From: Nevskiales bacterium
Lineage (GTDB): Bacteria > Pseudomonadota > Gammaproteobacteria > Nevskiales > JBOICV01
Assembly (NCBI GenBank): GCA_050740255.1
Contig: JBOICV010000176.1
Span: forward strand, 3,959 to 67,958
Length of the DNA: 64,000 nt
Direction: 5' to 3'
Below the pieces are notes generated by a model. It made no database searches and had not been told where the DNA came from. It was given only the letters and a program-made list of their open reading frames with translations. A program made the translations under genes and the position numbers. Shown here in pieces: positions 57,005 through 64,000 of this stretch. How positions within the stretch are numbered: position 1 is the stretch's first letter; every line of letters begins with the position of its first letter.

Positions 57005-57286
57005 GTATTTCCCCCGATTTATCGCAGCACTACAATGGTCCGGTTACTTAGTCGCCGGCCGGCTTCAAAGGCAGGCTCGGATTCCTGACCATTACAACAA
57101 GACGACATTGTACTTTTTTTACACGGCCACGCCATTAAAGACTTAGGTCACCGGTAGCGGCTCAGTTTGCCGTCACACCGGCCCTTCGACTGTGCTCAGG
57201 ATAAACTCCGGCTGGTGTCTATGGTATTGAATAGACTGGATTCAGGCCTGCGCCGGAATGACGAGCACAAAGAGTAAGGGGGATTT

Positions 57287-59455
57287 ATGAGCTCACATAA
57301 CGTTCGGCTGGTGGACGACGTCGAGCGGGCCACCGACGCCATTATCGAAAAGCTGGGCAAAACCATCGTGTTAGGCATGCCGCTGGGTTTGGGCAAGCCG
57401 GCCGAGCTGGCCAACGCGCTATTCGCTCGCGCCGCTAAGGACTCTTCGCTCAAGCTCAAGATTCTGACGGCCTTGTCGCTGGAGGTGCCCACGCCCGCCA
57501 ATGGGCTGGAAGCGGCCTTTATGGGCCCTTTTTTGGAACGCGTATTCGGCGGCGTTCCCCAGCTCGATTACATCAACGCGCTGCGCAAGGGCAAGCTGCC
57601 GCCGAACGTGGAAGTCTGCGAGTTCTTCTTCAAGCCAGGCAGCTTCATGACCAACCTGCACGCGCAGCAGCACTACATCAGCAGCAATTACTCGCACGCG
57701 GCGCGCGACGTGTTCAATAACGGCTGCAATCTCACCGCCCAAATCATCTGCAAGCGCGAGACGCCGCAAGGCCCGCGTTACTCGCTGTCCTGCAACCCGG
57801 ATACCGCGCCGGAGCTGCTGGAACTGCTCAAGGCCAGCGGCCGGCCGCACCTCGCGGTCGGTCTGGTGAATCAGAGCCTGCCCTATATGTACAACGACGC
57901 GGAGGTCGGGCCGGAAGACTTCGACCTGATTATTGATCATCCGCGCTACACCACGCCGCTGTTCTCGACACCCAAGATGCCGGTGATGACGCCGGACTAC
58001 ATGATCGGCCTCAATGCCAGCGCGCTGATCAAGGACGGCGGCACCCTGCAGATCGGCATCGGCGCACTCGGCGATGCCATCGTCTATGCGGCCAAGCTGC
58101 GGCATGAGCACAACGAGGTTTATCAGCAGACGCTGCGCGCGGCCGGCGTCCTGACGCAGTCGGAAAAACTTGTTGGCGACATCGGCGGTACCGAGCCCTT
58201 TCAGCAGGGTTTATACGGCGCGACCGAGATGTTCGTGGACGGTTTGCTGCACCTGTACAAGGCCGGCATTCTCAAGCGCCGCGTCTACGACTTCTGGGCG
58301 CTGCAACAGCTCGTCAACGAAGGCCGCTGCGATCCCGACCAGCTCAAGCCCGAGGTGCTCGATGGGCTGGAGTCCCTCGGCGTACGCACGATCCGCACCC
58401 GCGATTTCGCGGTGCTGCAGCACCACGGCTTATTCAATGACCAGACGCGCTATGACCTGGGTTATATCGTCGCGCCGGACGGCGAGCGCGTGATCGGCAA
58501 TGTGGCCGAGCCGCATTCGCGCCAGGTGATCGGCGATCGCTGTCTCGGCAAAAAGCTGCGCCACGGCATCGTGCTGCACGGCGGCTTCTTCCTGGGTCCG
58601 CGCGATTTCTACGACGGTCTGCGCAACATGAGCGAGGACCAACGCCGCCAGATTTGCATGACTGGCGTGTACAAGGTCAACCAGCTCGACCACAACCCGC
58701 GGCTTTACAAGCAACAGCGGCTGCACGCGCGTTTCATCAACACCGGCATCATGGTGACGCTCTCGGGGGCGGTGTGCTCGGACGGTCTGGAGGACGGCCG
58801 CGTGGTGTCCGGCGTCGGCGGACAGTACAACTTCGTCGCGATGGCGCATCAACTGCCGACCGGCCGCTCGATCCTGATGATCCGCGCGGTGCGCGACAAG
58901 GAAGGCAAGACGACAGAGCCGTCCAGCAATATCGTGTTCAACTACGGCCACACCACGATTGCGCGCCATCTGCGCGACATCGTGATCACCGAATATGGCA
59001 TCGCCGAGCTGCGCTCGAAAACCGACAGCGAAGTGATCAAGGCTTTGCTCAACGTGGCCGATTCGCGCTTTCAGCAAGGTTTGCTGGAACGGGCGAAGAA
59101 AGCCGGCAAGCTCGAAGTTGATTACCAGATACCGGAGCAATACCGTCAGAACCTGCCGGAAAAACTCGAAGAGAAGCTGGCTGAGTGCAAGAAACAAGGA
59201 TTGTTTCCCGCGTTCCCGCTCGGCTGCGATCTGACCGAAGACGAACTCAAGCTCGGCAAGGCACTCAAGGGCGTGAAAGCGCGCGCAGCGGCCGGCAAGC
59301 TGCGCGCGATGCTGGATGCGTGGAAGGTGAAGGAAATTCCAGCCAGCGCAAAACCCTATCTGGAGCGCATGCAACTGACGCAGCCGCAAACGCTGCAGGA
59401 TAAGATCGTACAAAAGCTGCTCGTGCTGGAACTGCAGACGACCGGAGCGATTTGA
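57287..59455 (+). CDS. acetyl-CoA hydrolase/transferase family protein
   Basis: 722 aa. ..VSGVGGQYNFVAMAH.. and overall layout of long acetyl-CoA hydrolase/transferase C-terminal-domain proteins. Confidence 0.75.
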   Translation: MSSHNVRLVDDVERATDAIIEKLGKTIVLGMPLGLGKPAELANALFARAAKDSSLKLKILTALSLEVPTPANGLEAAFMGPFLERVFGGVPQLDYINALRKGKLPPNVEVCEFFFKPGSFMTNLHAQQHYISSNYSHAARDVFNNGCNLTAQIICKRETPQGPRYSLSCNPDTAPELLELLKASGRPHLAVGLVNQSLPYMYNDAEVGPEDFDLIIDHPRYTTPLFSTPKMPVMTPDYMIGLNASALIKDGGTLQIGIGALGDAIVYAAKLRHEHNEVYQQTLRAAGVLTQSEKLVGDIGGTEPFQQGLYGATEMFVDGLLHLYKAGILKRRVYDFWALQQLVNEGRCDPDQLKPEVLDGLESLGVRTIRTRDFAVLQHHGLFNDQTRYDLGYIVAPDGERVIGNVAEPHSRQVIGDRCLGKKLRHGIVLHGGFFLGPRDFYDGLRNMSEDQRRQICMTGVYKVNQLDHNPRLYKQQRLHARFINTGIMVTLSGAVCSDGLEDGRVVSGVGGQYNFVAMAHQLPTGRSILMIRAVRDKEGKTTEPSSNIVFNYGHTTIARHLRDIVITEYGIAELRSKTDSEVIKALLNVADSRFQQGLLERAKKAGKLEVDYQIPEQYRQNLPEKLEEKLAECKKQGLFPAFPLGCDLTEDELKLGKALKGVKARAAAGKLRAMLDAWKVKEIPASAKPYLERMQLTQPQTLQDKIVQKLLVLELQTTGAI

Positions 59456-59457
59456 TC

Positions 59458-59784
59458 ATGGCCAAGGCGATAACCCTGACTACTCTACAAATCGTGCCGG
59501 GCAAACGCATCGTCGAGCACTACGGCCTGGTCTGCGGCAGTACCATCCGCGCCAAACACATCGGCCGCGATCTCGCCGCCGGCTTCAAGAACATTTTCGG
59601 CGGCGAGTTGAAGGGCTATACCGAATTGCTGCAGGAGTCGCGCGACGAGGCGACCGCGCGCATGGTCGAACAGGCCGCGCAGCTCGGCGCCAATGCCGTC
59701 CTCAACGTGCAATACGGCACTTCAGCCGTGGCGCCGGGGGCAGCCGAACTATTCGCTTACGGCACCGCGGTAAAGGTGGAGTAG
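59458..59784 (+). CDS. YbjQ (UPF0145) family protein
   Basis: IVEHYGLVCGSTIRAKHIGRDLAAGFKNIFGGELKGYTELL...ANAVLNVQYGTS..AYGTAVKV. Confidence 0.88.
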   Translation: MAKAITLTTLQIVPGKRIVEHYGLVCGSTIRAKHIGRDLAAGFKNIFGGELKGYTELLQESRDEATARMVEQAAQLGANAVLNVQYGTSAVAPGAAELFAYGTAVKVE

Positions 59785-59823
59785 CGCGAGTAGCGCACGG
59801 CCGGATGCGAGCAGAGACGCCCG

Positions 59824-60288
59824 ATGGAAAACTACATTGACCTGATCGTTTTTCTAGCCTTGCTGGCGGCGGGCTATGTGTTTGGCAGCATTGCCGAGAG
59901 TCAGCATTATCGCTCGATCCGGCAGCGCGAAAAGGCTTTTCTGCGCATCGCCGCAGTACCGTCGGAAATTATCCCCTCGGGTCGCTTCGAGACCGTCGGC
60001 ATGGTCTGCGGCAATGTCGTGATCTCGGTGGACTACTTCAAGCGCTTCACCGCCGCGCTGCGGAATCTGACCGGCGGCCGGGTGAGCGCTTATGAAACCC
60101 TGCTCGACCGCGCCCGCCGCGAGGCGGTGCTGCGCATGAAGGATGCCGCGCGCCGGCAGCGCGCCGATATGGTGCTGAATATGCGTCTGGAAACCTCCGC
60201 GGTCGGCAGTCAGCAAAGCTCGCGGCAAGGCATCGCCTGTGTGGAAGTGCTGGCTTACGGCACTGCAGTAAAACGGATCAGCGTTTGA
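59824..60288 (+). CDS. YbjQ-like domain protein with N-terminal TM helix
   Basis: TM helix, then GMVCGNVVISVDYFKRFTAALRNLTGGRVSAYETLL...AYGTAVK. Confidence 0.8.
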   Translation: MENYIDLIVFLALLAAGYVFGSIAESQHYRSIRQREKAFLRIAAVPSEIIPSGRFETVGMVCGNVVISVDYFKRFTAALRNLTGGRVSAYETLLDRARREAVLRMKDAARRQRADMVLNMRLETSAVGSQQSSRQGIACVEVLAYGTAVKRISV

Positions 60289-61091
60289 GTTACGTTCCAA
60301 AACTTCCGGACGACCGCGTCAATATTCCACAGCAGCATCCGCTAATCGATCTGGCGGTGTTGCTGACCGGCGCGCTCGCGGTGGTATTGGGAATTTACTG
60401 GCTGCTCGGTGTGGCGGTGAATTATGCGGTGGACCGGCTACCCGCCGGTTTCGAACAGCGGCTGGCGGCGAAAATCGATTTTCCCGCGGACGAGGACAGC
60501 AAGCCGGATCCGCGCGAACCCGCAGCGCAGGCGGTGCTAGCCAAGCTGCTCCGCCGGTTGCCGGCAATGGCTTACCCTTTTCGCCTCAGCGTCGCGGACG
60601 ATGCGCAGGTCAATGCTTTCGCCGTCCCCGGCGGTCACATCGTGTTATTGCGCGGCTTGCTCGATGCCGTGCGTTCGGAGAATGAGCTGGCGATGGTGCT
60701 GAGTCATGAGCTCGGACACTATGCCCAGCGCGATCATCTGCGAGCGCTCGGCCGCGGTCTGGTGTTGGCGGTCTTGTCCGCCGTGTTATTGGGTCAGGAC
60801 AGCGCGCTCAGCGGAGTGGCGCAGGGTTCCTTAGGCGTGGCGCATGCGAACTATAGCCGCGGTCAGGAAGCGAGTGCGGATCGTTACGGCATCGAGTTGC
60901 TGCAAAAGACTTACGGTCATGTCGGCGGCGCAACGGATTTCTTTGAACGTCTGGCCGTCGAAGACGGCAACAAACATGGACCCACCTGGTTATCCTCACA
61001 TCCGCTGTCGGCGGCGCGGGTGCGCGAACTACGCGCCCATATACTGACCCGACGCTACCCTGAAAAAACCAAGCTGCCCTGGCCGCCGTAG
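60285..61091 (+). CDS. M48-family zinc metallopeptidase, membrane-anchored
   Basis: TM helix; HELGHY (HExxH) and a downstream E/D ligand region. TTG start in a TTGA overlap. Confidence 0.85.
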   Translation: MSYVPKLPDDRVNIPQQHPLIDLAVLLTGALAVVLGIYWLLGVAVNYAVDRLPAGFEQRLAAKIDFPADEDSKPDPREPAAQAVLAKLLRRLPAMAYPFRLSVADDAQVNAFAVPGGHIVLLRGLLDAVRSENELAMVLSHELGHYAQRDHLRALGRGLVLAVLSAVLLGQDSALSGVAQGSLGVAHANYSRGQEASADRYGIELLQKTYGHVGGATDFFERLAVEDGNKHGPTWLSSHPLSAARVRELRAHILTRRYPEKTKLPWPP

Positions 61092-61107
61092 GCTGTCTTT
61101 TTAGCGT

Positions 61108-61953
61108 TTAGTCTGCTTCCGGCTCAGACCAGTGGACGGCGTCGCCGCCGGTGCCCAGCGCTGCGAAGTCGAACAGCTCACGATCTGCAAGCTGCGAAGG
61201 CTTCACGTTTTGCAGCGCGCGGAAAATATTCTCGATGCGGCCGGGATGTTTGCGTTGCCAGTCCTGCAGCATCTGCTTGATCTGCTTGCGTTGCGCGCCT
61301 TCCTGCGAGCCGCAGAGCAGGCAGGGGATGATCGGAAACTGCCGATGCTCGGCCCAGGCGGCGATGTCTTCCTCTTCGCAGTAAGCCAGCGGCCGGATCA
61401 CGATGTGCTGGCCGTCGTCGCTTTGCAGCTTGGGCGGCATGGCCTTGAGCGCGCCGCCGTGGAACAGGTTGAGAAAAAGAGTTTCGACGATGTCGTCGCG
61501 GTGATGGCCGAGCGCGATTTTGTTAAAACCATTCTCCTGCGCGTAGCGATATAGCGCGCCGCGGCGCAAGCGCGAACACAGCCCGCATAGGGTCTTGCCT
61601 TCCGGAATCACGCGCTTGACCACCGAATAGGTGTCCTGCTCGATGACCTGATAGGGCACGCCGCGGGCTTTCAGGTAGTCCGGCAAGGCGTGGGCGGGGA
61701 AATTTGGCTGCTTCTGATCGAGGTTCACCGCCACCAGCTCGAATTCAACCGGCGCGGCCTCGCGCAGCATCAGCAGTACGTCGAGCAGGGTGTAGGAATC
61801 CTTGCCACCCGACAGACAAACCATCACGCGGTCACCGGGCGCGATCATGCGGTAGTCCTGAATGGCCTGGCCCACCAGGCGGCGCAGGCGCTTCTGCAGC
61901 TTGTTGATTTCAAGCTGGCTTTTACGGTTGAGGATTTGCGCAGGTACGGGCAT
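61108..61953 (-). CDS. ttcA: tRNA 2-thiocytidine(32) synthetase
   Basis: PP-loop [18 protein letters not shown] and CLLCGSQ cysteine motifs; 281 aa. Confidence 0.92.
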   Translation of the reverse strand: MPVPAQILNRKSQLEINKLQKRLRRLVGQAIQDYRMIAPGDRVMVCLSGGKDSYTLLDVLLMLREAAPVEFELVAVNLDQKQPNFPAHALPDYLKARGVPYQVIEQDTYSVVKRVIPEGKTLCGLCSRLRRGALYRYAQENGFNKIALGHHRDDIVETLFLNLFHGGALKAMPPKLQSDDGQHIVIRPLAYCEEEDIAAWAEHRQFPIIPCLLCGSQEGAQRKQIKQMLQDWQRKHPGRIENIFRALQNVKPSQLADRELFDFAALGTGGDAVHWSEPEAD

Positions 61954-62042
61954 GGCGAACTCCAGGGGAGCGTATTGTGCCAGAGCGTATCCGCCACCCC
62001 AAAGAGCAACAAACAGCTATCGGCTCAGTATGCCGCTTAACC

Positions 62043-62125
62043 TTTGTGCTCGTCATTCCGGCGCAGGCCGGAATCCAGTCTTTTCAATCCCATGGACACC
62101 GGCCTGCGCCGGTGTGACGGCGAAC
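62043..62125. repeat. REP-like units of the GTCATTCCGGCGCAGGCCGGAATC family
   Basis: CGTCATTCCGGCGCAGGCCGGAATCCAG and a degenerate inverted partner CCGGCCTGCGCCGGTGTGACGG. A related unit lies at 57236..57268. Confidence 0.75.
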
Positions 62126-62171
62126 TAAGACACTACCAGACACCACCTCAAAGTTCGGGTTTTTGCGCGAT

Positions 62172-62202
62172 AAAAAAACCCCGAATCGTCGCCGGATCGG
62201 GG
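62172..62202 (-). terminator. rho-independent terminator of the lipoprotein gene
   Basis: The minus strand reads CCCCGATCC-GGCGAC-GATTCGGGG followed by T7. Confidence 0.75.
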
Positions 62203-62224
62203 TTGCGCCAGTTTGATCTTCCAG

Positions 62225-64000
62225 TTACGGGATCGGGATGGCGATGTCGGTGACGACCGCGCCGCCGCCGATGACGCCGGCGTTGAAGGCCTGGCCGCTG
62301 AGCAGATTCACCCGGAATAGCGTCGAGTTGGCGGTGCCATCAACACTCATCAAGGCGGCGTTATCGCTGGCGCCGACCCGCACGATGTCGAAGCCGATTT
62401 GATTGCCCAGGGTGACGCCCGTCGGTCCGACCGGCACCAGGGTGCCGTCGTTGGGCGGATTCTGCGTGGCTACCGAGTCGTCAACCGTGTTCACCACGAA
62501 TAGCGTCGTGGCCGCCACAACGCCCGAGACGCTATTGGTATAGCCGGCGCCCACGAGCTGCGGCGTGCCGGGATTAATCAGGCCGTCCGTGATCGTCAAG
62601 CAGTTGTTGTTTGTGTCAGGCGTGACGTTCACGCGCAGATTGTCGCGGTTGCTGCCCACGATCCGCAGCCGATCCGGTACCGGGTTGAAATCCAGGCTGT
62701 ACTGGGCTGTGCCGCTCAGTGCCGTAAAAGCTGGCGCGCCGGTGATATCGGCCGGGTCGGCGATCAGCGTGCAGACAAAAGTCGCTGCGCCGGTGGCAGG
62801 CACAACGGTGTACAGCCGTCCGTCGCTGGCCAGCGCGTAGAACGCGCCGGTGGCGGGGCGGAAGTCGATGCCCAGAATGCTGGGTGTGCCGGTCAGGCCC
62901 GTGATGGCGACGCCGTTGGCGCCATTGGCGACGATGCCCGGCGCGTTCGCGGCGAACTGTACCAGCCGCGGGCTGGTTCCCGCCGTGACGCCGAACACGT
63001 TGCCGGCGAAGTCAGGCGCCGCGGCCGCAGTCGTGGTGGTGAAGGTATCGCTGACACCGCCCACCGTAAGCGCGGTATTGACCGCTGCGGTCGGCGCGTT
63101 GGCGGAGCTATGACGCACGCAGACCGTTTCACTGTTATTCACGGTGCCATTGGCGCTGGTAAAGCTTGCGGTGCAGCCGATGCTGTACTCGCCGCCAGTG
63201 ACCGCAATCGGCGTCGGCGCTGAAATGCCGGTAATGGTCACGGTGTTGGAGACCTGCGGCATGTTCTGGCCGACATTGGTTCTGTCGGTGAACGTGAAGG
63301 CGTCCGGGGTGCTATCGCCGGTGGTGGAGGTAAAGGTGTCGGACACGCCGCCGACCGTTAATACCGTGTCAACCGCCGTGCTGGCCGCCGCGGCCGAGGT
63401 ATGGCGTACGCAAACCGTCTGGCCGTTGGTGATGGTGCCGGCGGTGGAAACGAAAGTAGCGGTGCAGCCGACGCTATAGGTGCCGCCCGTGACCGTGACC
63501 GGGGCCGCGGTACCGATGCCGGAAATCGTTACCGCGTTCGAAGTGCGGACGGTGTTTTGCGCAACATTGGGCTGATCAACAAACGTGAACGCGTCCGGCT
63601 GGGTGTCCGCGGTCGTGCTGGTAAAGACGTCGGAGACCGAACCTATCGTTACCGTTGTGTTGACCGGGGTATTTATGGTGGTGGCGGAAGTGTGGCGGGC
63701 GCACACGAACTGCCCACTAGTGATCGTGCCCGCGGTGCTGACGAAGGTCGAGCCGCAAGTGGTGGCGCTGCTGCCGATTGCATAAGTGCCGCCACTCACC
63801 GAGATCGGGAGCGGCACGTTGATTCCGGTAATAGCCACTGGAGCGGAAGTTTGCTGCGCATTGAGGGCGACATTGTTCAGATCAACGAACGCGAACGCGG
63901 CTGGAATATTGGCCACATCGTCGCCGACATCATCTTTACAGGCGCCCAACACCAAGGCGCTGCTAATGGCAAGCAGGCGCAGAACCAGCAACCGCGTAGT
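62225..64000 (-). CDS. secreted lipoprotein: three tandem ~100-aa repeats plus C-terminal DUF4394-like beta-propeller region (5' end at or just beyond the window edge)
   Basis: Lipobox LVLGAC. Repeats PDAFTF.D..NV...........V.ITGI....P..V.GG.Y..G......T.G.....VCVRH.S.......T.L.VGGVSDTF..TT. Tail has ILGIDFRPATG..YAL...LY and LDFNPV.DRLR motifs. The frame is open to position 64000. Confidence 0.75.
   Translation of the reverse strand, partial: TTRLLVLRLLAISSALVLGACKDDVGDDVANIPAAFAFVDLNNVALNAQQTSAPVAITGINVPLPISVSGGTYAIGSSATTCGSTFVSTAGTITSGQFVCARHTSATTINTPVNTTVTIGSVSDVFTSTTADTQPDAFTFVDQPNVAQNTVRTSNAVTISGIGTAAPVTVTGGTYSVGCTATFVSTAGTITNGQTVCVRHTSAAAASTAVDTVLTVGGVSDTFTSTTGDSTPDAFTFTDRTNVGQNMPQVSNTVTITGISAPTPIAVTGGEYSIGCTASFTSANGTVNNSETVCVRHSSANAPTAAVNTALTVGGVSDTFTTTTAAAAPDFAGNVFGVTAGTSPRLVQFAANAPGIVANGANGVAITGLTGTPSILGIDFRPATGAFYALASDGRLYTVVPATGAATFVCTLIADPADITGAPAFTALSGTAQYSLDFNPVPDRLRIVGSNRDNLRVNVTPDTNNNCLTITDGLINPGTPQLVGAGYTNSVSGVVAATTLFVVNTVDDSVATQNPPNDGTLVPVGPTGVTLGNQIGFDIVRVGASDNAALMSVDGTANSTLFRVNLLSGQAFNAGVIGGGAVVTDIAIPIP

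Noticed and set aside
57005-57286. Looked for a FabR/DesT-type ACA-N2-TGT palindrome upstream of desaturase paralog 2. The same search covered the regions upstream of fadH (4028-4214) and of the second reductase gene.
   Set aside because: Only weak partial matches were found (e.g. GAACTTGGTTATTC near 4050 and TTGTACTTTTTTTACA near 57110). None has a convincing dyad.

Overview
High-GC, gene-dense chromosomal segment, probably from a gammaproteobacterium (a guess from gene content and REP types; not verifiable here). By eye there is no rRNA, tRNA or CRISPR array. Housekeeping anchors are fadH, purT, mtgA, typA/bipA, pyk and ttcA. The dominant theme is lipid and acyl-CoA metabolism. There are five membrane fatty-acid desaturases at two loci. 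One locus is a DesT/DesC/DesB-type array with 1 regulator, 2 reductases and 3 desaturases. The other holds two DesA-type paralogs flanking a FabR-like repressor. Both loci have AT-rich divergent promoters carrying ACA-N2-TGT-core palindromes. Also present are fadH, two crotonases, an acetyl-CoA hydrolase/transferase and a 4-hydroxybutyryl-CoA-dehydratase-family gene. Accessory content: four apparently intact type II TA pairs (brnTA x2, ParE-type pair, hicAB), one IS3-family element with a 3-bp target duplication splitting a response-regulator gene, and a brnTA cassette bracketed by 48/49-bp direct repeats inside a split TRAP (dctP / dctQM) operon. That operon sits beside TatT, LolA-like and RND/MMPL genes. 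Several REP-like repeat families are present. The best candidates for uncharacterised biology are: (i) the expanded desaturase array; (ii) a translationally coupled operon of a discoidin-domain polytopic membrane protein, an FMN oxidase, a strictosidine-synthase-like protein and a crotonase, divergent from a GT-C-like membrane protein; (iii) a membrane-anchored 600-aa protein with a caspase-like His/Cys arrangement coupled to an L,D-transpeptidase. All functional calls rest on motif recognition by eye; no searches were run.
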